In this document: positions 15,001 to 30,000 of the stretch, piece by piece
Layout of the letters: the number at the start of each line of letters is the position of its first letter
Position numbering within the stretch: position 1 is the first letter of the stretch
DNA from: Eledone cirrhosa
Taxonomy: Eukaryota
DNA: 64,000 bases
Reading direction: 5' to 3'
Assembly: GCA_964016885.1 (NCBI GenBank)
Contig: OZ024745.1
Coordinates: forward strand, 7,130,001 to 7,194,000
Program-made: the position numbers and the translations under genes
The notes under the pieces: generated by a model
Database searches by the model: none
The model's input: the letters and a program-made list of their open reading frames with translations, nothing else
What the model was told of the DNA's origin: nothing

Positions 15001-18000
15001 AACGTCAGATAGAATGGTAGAGTGGTTAGAACGTCAGATAGAAATGTAGAGTGGTTAGAACGTCAGATAGAATGGTAGCGTGACTAGAACGTCAGATAGA
15101 AATGTAGAGTGGTTAGAACGTCAGATAGAATGGTAGAGTGGTTAGAACGTCAGATAGAATGGTAGAGTGGTTAGAATGTCAGATAGAATGGTAGAGTTGT
15201 TAGAGCGTCGGATAGAATGGTAGAGTGTTTATAACGTCATATAGCATGGTAGAGTGGTTATTACGTCAGATAGAATGGTAGAGTTGTTAGAGCGTCAGAT
15301 AGAATGGTAGTGTGGTTGGAACGTCAGATAGAATGGTACAGTGGTTATAACGTCAGATAGAATGGTAGAGTGGTTATAACGTCAGATAGAATGGTAGAGT
15401 GGTTAGAACGTCAGATAGAATGGTAGATTCGTTAGAAGGTCAGATAGAATGGTAGGGTAGTTAGAAGGTCAGATAGAATGGAGAGTGGTTATAACGTCAG
15501 ATAGAATCGTAGAGTGGTTAGAACGTCAGATAGAATGGTAGACTGGTTAGAACGTCAGATAGAATGGTAGAGTGGTTAGAAGGTCAGATAGAATGGTAGA
15601 GTGGTTTGAACGTCAGATAAAATGGTAGGGCGGTTATAAGGTCAGATAGAATGGTAAAGTGGTTTGAACGTCAGATAGAATGGTAGGGTGGTTAGAAGGT
15701 CAGATAGAATGGTAGAGTGGTTACAACGTCAGATAGAATACTAGAGTGACTATAACGTCAGTTCGAATGGTAGAGTGGTTAGAACGTCTGATAGAATGGT
15801 GGAGTCATTAGAAGGTCAGATAGAATGGTAGAGTGGTTAGAAAGTCAGATAGAATGGAGAGTGGTTAGAACGTATGATAGAATGGTAGTTTGGTTAGAAA
15901 GTCAGATAGAATGGTAGAGTGGTTAGAACGTCAGATAGATTGGTAGAGTGGCTAGGACGTAAGATAGAATCGTCGAGTGGTTATTACGTCAGATGAAATG
16001 GTAGTGTCGTTCGAACGTCAGATAGAATGGTAGAGTTGTTATAATGTCAGATAGAATGGTAGATGGGATAGAAAGTCAGATAGAATAGTAGATTGGTTAG
16101 AAGGTCAGATAGAATGGTAGAGTCGTTAGAACGTCAGATAGAATGGTAGAGTTGTTAGAACATCAAATAGAATGGTAGAGAGCTTAGAACGTCATATAGA
16201 ATGGTAGAGTGGTTAGAACGTCAGATAGAATGGTAGAGTTGTTGGAACGTCAGATGGAATTGTAGAGTGGTTAGAAGGTCAGATAGAATGGTAGTGTGGT
16301 TAGAAGGTCAGATAGAATAGTAGAGTGGTTTGAACGTAAGATAGAGTGGTAGAGTGGTTAGAACGTCAGATAGAATGGTAGAGTCATTAGAACGTCAGAT
16401 AGAATGATAGAGTTGTTTGAACGTCAGATAGAATGGTAGAGTCGTTAGAACGTCAGATAGAATGGTAGAGTCATTAGAACGTCAGATAGAATGATAGAGT
16501 TGTTTGAACGTCAGATAGAATTGTAGAGTGGTTAGAACGTCAGATAGAATGGTAGAGTGGTAAGAACGTCAGATAGAATGGTCGAGTGGTTATAACGTCA
16601 GATAGAATGGTAGAGTGGTTAGAACGTCAGATAGAATGGTAGAGTAGTTAGAACGTCAGATAGAATGGTAGAGTGGTTAGAACGTCAGATAGAATGGTAG
16701 AGTTGTTTGAACGTCAGATAGAATGGTAGAGTCGTTAGAACATCAGATAGAGTGGTAGAGTGGTTAGAACGTCAGATAGAATGGTAGAGTCAATAGAACG
16801 TCAGATAGAATGATAGAGTTGTTTGAACGTCAGATAGAATTGTAGAGTGGTTAGAACGTCAGATAGAATGGTAGAGTGGTTAGAACGTCAGAGAGAATGG
16901 TCGAGTGGTTATAACGTCAGAGAGAATGGTAGAGTGGTTAGAACGTCAGATAGAATGGTAGAGTAGTTAGAACGTCAGATAGAATGGTAGAGTGGTTAGA
17001 ACGTCAGATAGAATGGTAGAGTTGTTTGAACGTCAGATAGAATGGTAGAGTCGTTAGAACATCAGATAGAGTGGTAGAGTGGTTAGAACGTCAGATAGAA
17101 TGGTAGAGTCAATAGAACGTCAGATAGAATGATAGAGTTGTTTGAACGTCAGATAGAATTGTAGAGTGGTTAGAACGTCAGATAGAATGGTAGAGTGGTT
17201 AGAACGTCAGAGAGAATGGTCGAGTGGTTATAACGTCAGAGAGAATGGTATAGTGGTTAGAACGTCAGATAGAATGGTAGAGTAGTTAGAACGTCAGATA
17301 GAATGGTAGAGTAGTTAGAACGTCAGATAGAATGGTAGAGTTGTTAGAACGTCAGATAGAATGGTAGCGTTTTTAGAACGTCAGATAGAATGGTAGGGTG
17401 GCTAGAATGTCAGATATAAATGTAGAGTGGTTAGAACGTCAGATGGAATGGTAGAGTGGTTAGAACGTCAGATAAAATGGTCGAGTGGTTATAACGTCAG
17501 ATAGAATGGTAGAGTGGTTAGAACGTCAGATAGAATGGCAGGGTGGTTAGAACGTCTAATAGAATGGTATAGTGGCTAGAATGACAGATAGAATGGTAGA
17601 GTGGTTAGAACGTCAGATAGAATGGTAGAGTTGTTAGAACGTCAGATATAATTGTAGATTAGTTAGAAGGTCAGATAGAATGGTAGAGTCGTTAGAACGT
17701 CAGATAGAAAGGTAAACTGGTTAGAACGTCAGATAGAGTGGTAGAGTGGTTAGAACGTCAGATAGAGTGGTAGAGTGGTTAAAAGGTCAGATAGAATGGT
17801 AGAGTGGTTAGAACGTCAGATAGAATGGTAGAGTGGCTAGAAGGTCAGATAGAATGGTAGAGTGGTTATAACGTCAGATAGAATGATAGAGTGGTTAGAA
17901 GGTCAGATAGAATGGTAGTGTGGTTAGAAGGTCAGATAGAATGGTAGAGTGGTTTGAACGTAAGATAGAGTGGTAGAGTGGTTAGAACGTCAGATAGAAT

Positions 18001-21000
18001 GGTAGAGTCATTAGAACGTCAGATAGAATGATAGAGCTGTTTGAACGTCAGATAGAATGGTAGAGTCGTTAGAACGTCAGATAGAATGGGAGTGTGGTTA
18101 GAAGGTCAGATAGAATGGTAGAGTGGTTTAAACGTCAGATAGAAATGTAGAGTGGTTAGAACGTCAGATAGAATGGTAGAGTGGTTAGAACGTCAGATAG
18201 AATGGTAGAGTGGTTAGAATGTCAGATAGAATGGTAGAGTAGTTAGAACGTCAGATAGAATGGTAGAGTGGTTAGAACGTCAGATAGAATGGTAGAGTTG
18301 TTTGAACGTCAGATAGAATGGTAGAGTCGTTAGAACATCAGATAGAGTGGTAGAGTGGTTAGAACGTCAGATAGAATGGTAGAGTCAATAGAACGTCAGA
18401 TAGAATGATAGAGTTGTTTGAACGTCAGATAGAATTGTAGAGTGGTTAGAACGTCAGATAGAATGATAGAGTTGTTTGAACGTCAGATAGAATTGTAGAG
18501 TGGTTAGAACGTCAGATAGAATGGTAGAGTGGTTAGAACGTCAGATAGAATGGTCGAGTGGTTATAACGTCAGATAAAATGGTAGAGTGGTTAGAACGTC
18601 AGATAGAATGGTAGAGTAGTTAGAACGTCAGATAGAATGGTAGAGTGGTTAGAACGTCAGATAGAATGGTAGAGTTGTTTGAACGTCAGATAGAATGGTA
18701 GAGTCGTTAGAACATCGGATAGAGTGGTAGAGTGGTTAGAACGTCAGATAAAATGGTAGAGTGCTTAGAATGTCAGATAGAATGGTAGAGTGGTTAGAGC
18801 GTCAGATAGAATGGTAGAGTATTTATAACGTCATATAGAATGGTAGAGTGGTTATTACGTCAGATAGAATGGTAGAGTTGTTATAGCGTCAGATAGAATG
18901 GTAGTGTGGTGGAACGTCAGATAGAATGGTACAGTGGTTATAACGTCAGATAGAATGGTAGAGTGGTTATAACGTCAGATAGAATGGTAGAGTGGTTAGA
19001 ACGTCAGATAGAATGGTAGATTCGTTAGAAGGTCAGATAGAATGGTAGGGTGGTTAGAAGGTCAGATAGAATGGAGAGTGGTTATAACGTCAGATAGAAT
19101 GGTAGAGTGGTTAGAACGTCAGATAGAATGGTAGACTGGTTAGAACGTCAGATAGAATGGTAGAGTGGTTAGAAGGTCAGATAGAATGGTAGAGTGGTTT
19201 GAACGTCAGATAAAATGGTAGGGCGGTTATAAGGTCAGATACAATGGTAAAGTGGTTTCAAAGTCAGATAGAATGGTAGGGAGGTTAGAAGGTCAGATAG
19301 AATGGTAGAGTTGTTAGAACGTCAGATATAATTGTAGATTAGTTAGAAGGTCAGATAGAATGGTAGAGTCGTTAGAACGTCAGATAGAAAGGTAAACTGG
19401 TTAGAACGTCAGATAGAGTGGTAGAGTGGTTAGAACGTCAGATAGAGTGGTAGAGTGGTTAAAAGGTCAGATAGAATGGTAGAGTGGTTAGAACGTCAGA
19501 TAGAATGGTAGAGTGGCTAGAAGGTCAGATAGAATGGTAGAGTGGTTATAACGTCAGATAGAATGATAGAGTGGTTAGAAGGTCAGATAGAATGGTAGTT
19601 TGGTTAGAAGGTCAGATAGAATGGTAGAGTGGTTTGAACGTAAGATAGAGTGGTAGAGTGGTTAGAACGTCAGATAGAATGGTAGAGTCATTAGAACGTC
19701 AGATAGAATGATAGAGCTGTTTGAACGTCAGATAGAATGGTAGAGTCGTTAGAACGTCAGATAGAATGGGAGTGTGGTTAGAAGGTCAGATAGAATGGTA
19801 GAGTGGTTTAAACGTCAGATAGAAATGTAGAGTGGTTAGAACGTCAGATAGAATGGTGGAGTGGTTAGAACGTCAGATAGAATGGTAGAGTGGTTAGAAT
19901 GTCAGATAGAATGGTAGAGTAGTTAGAACGTCAGATAGAATGGTAGAGTGGTTAGAACGTCAGATAGAATGGTAGAGTTGTTTGAACGTCAGATAGAATG
20001 GTAGAGTCGTTAGAACATCAGATAGAGTGGTAGAGTGGTTAGAACGTCAGATAGAATGGTAGAGTCAATAGAACGTCAGATAGAATGATAGAGTTGTTTG
20101 AACGTCAGATAGAATTGTAGAGTGGTTAGAACGTCAGATAGAATGATAGAGTTGTTTGAACGTCAGATAGAATTGTAGAGTGGTTAGAACGTCAGATAGA
20201 ATGGTAGAGTGGTTAGAACGTCAGATAGAATGGTCGAGTGGTTATAACGTCAGATAAAATGGTAGAGTGGTTAGAACGTCAGATAGAATGGTAGAGTAGT
20301 TAGAACGTCAGATAGAATGGTAGAGTGGTTAGAACGTCAGATAGAATGGTAGAGTTGTTTGAACGTCAGATAGAATGGTAGAGTCGTTAGAACATCAGAT
20401 AGAGTGGTAGAGTGGTTAGAACGTCAGATAGAATGGTAGAGTGCTTAGAATGTCAGATAGAATGGTAGAGTTGTTAGAGCGTCAGATAGAATGGTAGAGT
20501 ATTTATAACGTCATATAGAATGGTAGAGTGGTTATTACGTCAGATAGAATGGTAGAGTTGTTATAGCGTCAGATAGAATGGTAGTGTGGTTGGAACGTCA
20601 GATAGAATGGTACAGTGGTTATAACGTCAGATAGAATGGTAGAGTGGTTATAACGTCAGATAGAATGGTAGAGTGGTTAGAACGTCAGATAGAATGGTAG
20701 ATTCGTTAGAAGGTCAGATAGAATGGTAGGGTGGTTAGAAGGTCAGATAGAATGGAGAGTGGTTATAACGTCAGATAGAATGGTAGAGTGGTTAGAACGT
20801 CAGATAGAATGGTAGACTGGTTAGAACGTCAGATAGAATGGTAGAGTGGTTAGAAGGTCAGATAGAATGGTAGAGTGGTTAGAACGTCAGATAGAATGGT
20901 AGAGTTGTTGGAACGTCAGATGGAATTGTAGAGTGGTTAGAAGGTCAGATAGAATGGTAGTGTGGTTAGAAGGTCAGATAGAATGGTAGAGTGGTTTGAA

Positions 21001-24000
21001 CGTAAGATAGAGTGGTAGAGTGGTTAGAACGTCAGATAGAATGGTAGAGTCATTAGAACGTCAGATAGAATGATAGAGCTGTTTGAACGTCAGATAGAAT
21101 GGTAGAGTCGTTAGAACGTCAGATAGAATGGGAGTGTGGTTAGAAGGTCAGATAGAATGGTAGAGTGGTTTAAACGTCAGATAGAAATGTAGAGTGGTTA
21201 GAACGTCAGATAGAATGGTGGAGTGGTTAGAAGGTCAGATAGAATGGTAGAGTGGTTTGAACGTAAGATAGAGTGGTAGAGTGGTTTGAACGTCAGATAA
21301 AATGGTAGGGCGGTTATAAGGTCAGATACAATGGTAAAGTGGTTTCAAAGTCAGATAGAATGGTAGGGAGGTTAGAAGGTCTGATAGAATGGTAGAGTGG
21401 TTACAACGTCAGATAGAATACTAGAGTGACTATAACGTCAGTTAGAATGGTGGAGTGGTTAGAACGTCTGATAGAATGGTGGAGTCATTAGAAGGTCAGA
21501 TAGAATGGTAGAGTGGTTAGAAAGTCAGATAGAATGGAGAGTGGTTAGAACGTATGATAGAATGGTAGATTGGTTAGAAAGTCAGATAGAATGGTAGAGT
21601 GGTTAGAACGTCAGATAGAACGGTAGAGTGGCTAGGACGTAAGATAGAATCGTCGAGTGGTTAGAACATCAGATGAAATGGTAGTGTCGTTAGAACGTCA
21701 GATAGAATGGTAGAGTTGTTAGAATGTCAGATAGAATGGTAGATGGGATAGAAGGTCAGATAGAATGGTAGAGTCGTTAGAACGTCAGATAGAATGGTAG
21801 AGTTGTTAGAACATCAAATAGAATGGTAGAGTGCTTAGAACGTCATATAGAATGGTAGAGTGGTTAGAACGTCAGATAGAATGGTAGAGTTGTTGGAACG
21901 TCAGATGGAATTGTAGAGTGGTTAGAAGGTCAGATAGAATGGTAGTGTGGTTAGAAGGTCAGATAGAATGGTAGAGTGGTTTGAACGTAAGATAGAGTGG
22001 TAGAGTGGTTAGAACGTCAGATAGAATGGTAGAGTCATTAGAACGTCAGATAGAATGATAGAGCTGTTTGAACGTTAGATAGAATGGTAGAGTGGTTTGA
22101 ACGTCAGATAGAAATGTAGAGTGGTTAGAACGTCAGATAGAATGGTAGAGTGGTTAGAACGTCAGATAGAATGGTAGAGTGGTTAGAATGTCAGATAGAA
22201 TGGTAGAGTTGTTAGAGCGTCAGATAGAATGATAGAGTGTTTATAACGTCATATACAATGGTAGAGTGGTTATTACGTCAGATAGAATGGTAGAGTTGTT
22301 GGAACGTCAGATAGAATGGTACAGTGGTTATAACGTCAGATAGAATGGTATAGTGGTTATAACGTCAGATAGAATGGTAGAGTGGTTAGAACGTCAGATA
22401 GAATGGTAGATTCGTTAGAAGGTCAGATAGAATGGTAGGGTGGTTAGAAGGTCAGATAGAATGGAGAGTGGTTATAACGTCAGATAGAATGGTAGAGTGG
22501 TTAGAAGGTCAGATAGAATGGTAGAGTGGTTTGAACGTCAGATAAAATGGTAGGGCGGTTATAAGGTCAGATAGAAAGGTAAAGTGGTTAGAACGTCAGA
22601 TAGAATGGTAGAGTTGTTGGAACGTCAGATGGAATTGTAGAGTGGTTAGAAGGTCAGATAGAATGGTAGTGTGGTTAGAAGGTCAGATAGAATGGTAGAG
22701 TGGTTTGAACGTAAGATAGAGTGGTAGAGTGGTTAGAACGTCAGATAGAATGGTAGAGTCATTAGAACGTCAGATAGAATGATAGAGTTGTTTGAACGTC
22801 AGATAGAATGGTAGAGTGGTTAGAACGTCAGATAGAATGGTAGAGTCATTAGAACGTCAGATAGAATGATAGAGTTGTTTGAACGTCAGATAGAATTGTA
22901 GAGTGGTTAGAACGTCAGATAGAATGGTAGAGTGGTTAGAACGTCAGATAGAATGGTAGAGTGGTTATAACGTCAGATAGAATGATAGAGTGGTTAGAAG
23001 GTCAGATAGAATGGTAGTGTGGTTAGAAGGTCAGATAGAATGGTAGAGTGGTTTGAACGTAAGATAGAGTGGTAGAGTGGTTAGAACGTCAGATAGAATG
23101 GTAGAGTCATTAGAACGTCAGATAGAATGATAGAGCTGTTTGAACGTCAGATAGAATGGTAAGTCGTTAGAACGTCAGATAGAATGGTAGTGTGGTTAGA
23201 AGGTCAGATAGAATGGTAGAGTGGTTTGAACGTCAGATAGAAATGTAGAGTGGTTAGAACGTCAGATAGAATGGTAGAGTGGTTAGAACGTCAGATAGAA
23301 TGGTAGAGTGGTTAGAATGTCAGATAGAATGGTAGAGTTGTTAGAGCGTCAGATAGAATGGTAGAGTGTTTATAACGTCATATAGAATGGTAGAGTGGTT
23401 ATTACGTCAGATAGAATGGTAGAGGTGTTTGAGCGTCAGATAGAATGGTAGTGTGGTTGGAACGTCAGATAGAATGGTACAGTGGTTATAACGTCAGATA
23501 GAATGGTAGAGTGGTTATAACGTCAGATAGAATGGTAGAGTGGTTAGAACGTCAGATAGAATGGTAGATTTGTTAGAAGGTCAGATAGAATGGTAGGGTG
23601 GTTAGAAGGTCAGATAGAATGGAGAGTGGTTATAACGTCAGATAGAATGGTAGAGTGGTTAGAACGTCAGATAGAATGGTAGACTGGTTAGAACGTCAGA
23701 TAGAATGGTAGAGTGGTTAGAAGGTCAGATAGAATGGTAGAGTGGTTTGAACGTCAGATAGAATTGTAGACTGGTTAGAACGTCAGATAGAATGGTAGAT
23801 TGGTTATAACGTCAGATAGAATGGTAGACTGGTTAGAACGTCAGATAGAATGGTAGACTGGTTAGAACGTCAGATAGAATGGTAGAGTGGTTAGAACGTC
23901 AGATAGAATGGTAGACTGGTTTGAACGTCAGATAGAATGGTAGGGTGGTTAGAAGGTCAGATAGAATGGTAGAGTGGTTACAACGTCAGATAGAATACTA

Positions 24001-27000
24001 GAGTGACTATAACGTCAGTTAGAATGGTAGAGTGGTTAGAACGTCTGATAGAATGGTGGAGTCATTAGAAGGTCAGATAGAATGGTAGAGTGGTTAGAAA
24101 GTCAGATAGAATGGAGAGTGGTTAGAACGTATGATAGAATGGTAGATTGGTTAGAAAGTCAGATAGAATGGTAGAGTGGTTAGAACGTCAGATAGAATGG
24201 TAGAGTGGCTAGGACGTAAGATACAATCGTCGAGTGGTTAGAACGTTAGATGAAATGGTAGTGTCGTTAGAACGTCAGATAGAATGGTAGAGTTGTTAGA
24301 ATGTCAGATAGAATGGTAGATGGGATAGAAGGTCAGATAGAATAGTAGATTGGTTAGAAGGTCAGATAGAATGGTAGAGTCGTTAGAACGTCAGATAGAA
24401 TGGTAGAGTTGTTGGAACGTCAGATGGAATTGTAGAGTGGTTAGAAGGTCAGATAGAATGGTAGTGTGGTTAGAAGGTCAGATAGAATGGTAGAGTGGTT
24501 TGAACGTAAGATAGAGTGGTAGAGTGGTTAGAACGTCAGATAGAATGGTAGAGTCATTAGAACGTCAAATAGAATGATAGAGTTGTTTGAACGTCAGATA
24601 GAATGGTAGAGTGGTTAGAACGTCAGATAGAATGGTAGAGTCATTAGAACGTCAGATAGAATGATAGAGTTGTTTGAACGTCAGATAGAATTGTAGAGTG
24701 GTTAGAACGTCAGATAGAATGGTAGAGTGGTTAGAACGTCAGATAGAATGGTCGAGTGGTTATAACGTCAGATAGAATGGTAGAGTGGTTAGAACGTCAG
24801 ATAGAATGGTAGAGTAGTTAGAACGTCCGATAAAATGGTAGAGTGGTTAGAACGTTAGATAGAATGGTAGAGTTGTTTGAACGTCAGATAGAATGGTAGA
24901 GTCGTTAGAACGTCAGATAGAGTGGTAGAGTGGTTAGAACGTCAGATAGAATGGTAGAGTCAGTAGAACGTCAGATAGAATGATAGAGTTGTTTGAACGT
25001 CAGATAGAATTGTAGAGTGGTTAGAACGTCAGATAGAATGGTCGAGTGGTTATAACGTCAGATAGAATGGTAGAGTGGTTAGAACGTCAGATAGAATGGT
25101 AGAGTAGTTAGAACGTCAGATAGAATGGTAGAGTTGTTAGAACATCAAATAGAATGGTAGAGTGCTTAGAACGTCAGATAGAATGGTAGAGTTGTTAGAA
25201 TGTCAGATAGAATGGTAGATGGGATAGAAGGTCAGATAGAATGGTAGAGTGGTTAGAACGTCAGATAGAATGGTAGAGTTGTTGGAACGTCAGATGGAAT
25301 TGTAGAGTGGTTAGAAGGTCAGATAGAATGGTAGTGTGGTTAGAAGGTCAGATAGAATGGTAGAGTGGTTTGAACGTAAGATCGAGTGGTAGAGTGGTTA
25401 GAACGTCAGATAGAATGGTAGAGTCATTAGAACGTCAGATAGAATGATAGAGCTGTTTGAACGTTAGATAGAATGGTAGAGTGGTTTGAACGTCAGATAG
25501 AAATGTAGAGTGGTTAGAACGTCAGATAGAATGGTAGAGTGGTTAGAACGTCAGATAGAATGGTAGAGTGGTTAGAATGTCAGATAGAATGGTAGAATTG
25601 TTAGAGCGTCAGATAGAATGGTAGAGTGTTTATAACGTCATATAGAATGGTAGAGTGGTTATTACGTCAGATAGAATGGTAGAGTTGTTGGAACGTCAGA
25701 TAGAATGGTACAGTGGTTATAACGTCAGATAGAATGGTATAGTGGTTATAACGTCAGATAGAATGGTAGAGTGGTTAGAACGTCTGATAGAATGGTAGAT
25801 TCGTTAGAAGGTGAGATAGAATGGTAGGGTGGTTAGAAGGTCAGATAGAATGGAGAGTGGTTATAACGTCAGATAGAATGGTAGAGTGGTTAGAACGTCA
25901 GATAGAATGGTAGAGTGGTTAGAAGGTCAGATAGAATGGTAGAGTGGTTTGAACGTCAGATAAAATGGTAGGGCGGTTATAAGGTCAGATAGAAAGGTAA
26001 AGTGGTTAGAACGTCAGATAGAATGGTAGAGTTGTTGGAACGTCAGATGGAATTGTAGAGTGGTTAGAAGGTCAGATAGAATGGTAGTGTGGTTAGAAGG
26101 TCAGATAGAATGGTAGAGTGGTTTGAACGTAAGATAGAGTGGTAGAGTGGTTAGAACGTCAGATAGAATGGTAGAGTCATTAGAACGTCAGATAGAATGA
26201 TAGAGTTGTTTGAACGTCAGATAGAATGGTAGAGTGGTTAGAACGTCAGATAGAATGGTAGAGTCATTAGAACGTCAGATAGAATGATAGAGTTGTTTGA
26301 ACGTCAGATAGAATTGTAGAGTGGTTAGAACGTCAGATAGAATGGTAGAGTGGTTACAACGTCAGATAGAATGGTAGAGTGGTTATAACGTCAGATAGAA
26401 TGATAGAGTGGTTAGAAGGTCAGATAGAATGGTAGTGTGGTTAGATATCAGATAGAATGGTAGAGTGGTTTGAACGTAAGATAGAGTGGTAGAGTGGTTA
26501 GAACGTCAGATAGAATGGTAGAGTCATTAGAACGTCAGATGGAATGATAGAGCTGTTTGAACGTCAGATAGAATGGTAAGTCGTTAGAACGTCAGATAGA
26601 ATGGTAGTGTGGTTAGAAGGTCAGATAGAATGGTAGAGTGGTTAGAATGTCAGATAGAATGGTAGAGTTGTTAGAGCGTCAGATAGAATGGTAGAGTGTT
26701 TATAACGTCATATAGAATGGTAGAGTGGTTATTACGTCAGATAGAATGGTGGAGGTGTTAGAGCGTCAGATAGAATGGTAGTGTGGTTGGAACGTCAGAT
26801 AGAATGGTACAGTGGTTATAACGTCAGATAGAATGGTAGAGTTGTTATAACGTCAGATAGAATGGTAGAGTGGTTAGAACGTCAGATAGAATGGTAGATT
26901 TGTTAGAAGGTCAGATAGAATGGTAGGGTGGTTAGAAGGTCAGATAGAATGGAGAGTGGTTATAACGTCAGATAGAATGGTAGAGTGGTTAGAACGTCAG

Positions 27001-30000
27001 ATAGAATGGTAGACTGGTTAGAACGTCAGATAGAATGGTAGAGTGGTTAGAAGGTCAGATAGAATGGTAGAGTGGTTTGAACGTCAGATAGAATTGTAGA
27101 CTGGTTAGAACGTCAGATAGAATGGTAGATTGGTTATAACGTCAGATAGAATGGTAGACTGGTTAGAACGTCAGATAGAATGGTAGACTGGTTAGAACGT
27201 CAGATAGAATGGTAGAGTGGTTAGAACGTCAGATAGAATGGTAGACTGGTTTGAACGTCAGATAGAATGGTAGGGTGGTTAGAAGGTCAGATAGAATGGT
27301 AGAGTGGTTACAACGTCAGATAGAATACTAGAGTGACTTTAACGTCAATTAGAATGGTAGAGTGGTTAGAACGTCTGATAGAATGGTGGAGTCATTAGAA
27401 GGTCAGATAGAATGGTAGAGTGGTTAGAAAGTCAGATAGAATGGAGAGTGGTTAGAACGTATGATAGAATGGTAGATTGGTTAGAAAGTCAGATAGAATG
27501 GTAGAGTGGTTAGAACGTCAGATAGAATGGTAGAGTGGCTAGGACGTAAGATACAATCGTCGAGTGGTTAGAACGTTAGATGAAATGGTAGTGTCGTTAG
27601 AACGTCAGATAGAATGGTAGAGTTGTTAGAATGTCAGATAGAATGGTAGATGGGATAGAAGGTCAGATAGAATAGTAGATTGGTTAGAAGGTCAGATAGA
27701 ATGGTAGAGTCGTTAGAACGTCAGATAGAATGGTAGAGTTGTTGGAACGTCAGATGGAATTGTAGAGTGGTTAGAAGGTCAGATAGAATGGTAGTGTGGT
27801 TAGAAGGTCAGATAGAATGGTAGAGTGGTTTGAACGTAAGATAGAGTGGTAGAGTGGTTAGAACGTCAGATAGAATGGTAGAGTCATTAGAACGTCAAAT
27901 AGAATGATAGAGTTGTTTGAACGTCAGATAGAATGGTAGAGTGGTTAGAACGTCAGATAGAATGGTAGAGTCATTAGAACGTCAGATAGAATGATAGAGT
28001 TGTTTGAACGTCAGATAGAATTGTAGAGTGGTTAGAACGTCAGATAGAATGGTAGAGTGGTTAGAACGTCAGATAGAATGGTCGAGTGGTTATAACGTCA
28101 GATAGAATGGTAGAGTGGTTAGAACGTCAGATAGAATGGTAGAGTAGTTAGAACGTCCGATAGAATGGTAGAGTGGTTAGAACGTTAGATAGAATGGTAG
28201 AGTTGTTTGAACGTCAGATAGAATGGTAGAGTCGTTAGAACGTCAGATAGAGTGGTAGAGTGGTTAGAATGTCAGATAGAATGGTAGAGTAAGTAGAACG
28301 TCAGATAGAATGATAGAGTTGTTTGAACGTCAGATAGAATTGTAGAGTGGTTAGAACGTCAGATAGAATGGTCGAGTGGTTATAACGTCAGATAGAATGG
28401 TAGAGTGGTTAGAACGTCAGATAGAATGGTAGAGTAGTTAGAACGTCAGATAGAATGGTAGAGTTGTTAGAAAGTCAGATAGAATGGTAGCGTTGTTAGA
28501 ACGTCAGATAGAATGGTAGGGTGGCTAGAATGTCAGATAGAAATGTAGAGTGGTTAGAACGTCAGATGAAATGGTAGAGTGGTTAGAACGTCAGATAGAA
28601 TGGTCGAGTGGTTATAACGTCAGATAGAATGGTAGAGTTGTTAGAACGTCAGATAGAATGGTAGGGTGGTTAGAACGTCTAATAGAATGGTATAGTGGCT
28701 AGAATGACAGATAGAATGGTAGAGTGGTTAGAACGTCAGATAGAATGGTAGAGTTGTTAGAACGTCAGATATAATTGTAGATTAGTTAGAAGGTCAGATA
28801 GAATGGTAGAGTCGTTAGAACGTCAGATAGAAAGGTAGACTGGTTAGAACGTCAGATAGAGTGGTAGAGTGGTTAGAACGTCAGATAGAGTGGTAGAGTG
28901 GTTAAAAGGTCAGATAGAATGGTAGAGTGGTTAGAACGTCAGATAGAATGGTAGAGTGTCTAGAAGGTCAGATAGAATGGTAGAGTGGTTATAACGTCAG
29001 ATAGAATGATAGAGTGGTTAGAAGGTCAGATAGAATGGTAGTGTGGTTAGAAGGTCAGATAGAATGGTAGAGTGGTTTGAACGTAAGATAGAGTGGTAGA
29101 GTGGTTAGAACGTCAGATAGAATGGTAGAGTCATTAGAACGTCAGATAGAATGATAGAGTTGTTTGAACGTCAGATAGAATGGTAGAGTCGTTAGAACGT
29201 CAGATAGAATGGTAGTGTGGTTAGAAGGTCAGATAGAATGGTAGAGTGGTTTGAACGTCAGATAGAATGGTAGAGTGGTTAGAACGTCAGATAGAATGAT
29301 AGAGTTGTTAGAACGTCAGATAGAATGGTAGAGTGGTTAGAACGTCAGATAGAATGGTAGAGTTGTTAGAAGGTCAGATAGAATGGTAGTGTTGTTAGAA
29401 CGTCAGATAGAATGGTAGAGTTGTTAGAACGTCAGATAGAATGGTAGAGTGGTTAAAAGGTCAGATAGAATGGTAGAGTGGTTAGAACGTCAGATAGAAT
29501 GGTAGAGTAGCTAGAACGTCAGATAGAATGGTAGAGTGGCTAGAACGTCAGTTAAAATGGTAGAGTGGTTAGAACGTCACATAGAAGGGTAGAGTTGTTA
29601 GAATGTCAGATAGAATGGTAGAGTGGTTAAATAGTCAGATAGAATGGTAGAGTGGTTAGAATGTCAGATAGAATGGTAGAGTAGCTAGAAGGTCTGATAG
29701 AATGGTAGAGTGGTTAGAAGGTTAGATAGAAAGGTAGAGTGGTTAGAATGTCAGATAGAATGGTAGAGTTCTTAGAACGTCAGATAGAATGGTAGAGTTG
29801 ATAGAATGTCAGATAGAATGGTAGGTGGGATAGAAGGTCAGATAGAATAGTAGATTGGTTAGAAGGTCAGATAGAATGGTAGAGTCGTTAGAACGTCAGA
29901 TTGAATGGTAGAGTTGTTAGAACATCAAATAGAATGGTAGAGTGCTTAGAACGTCAGATAGAATGGTATAGTGGTTAGAACGTCAGATAGAATGGTAGAG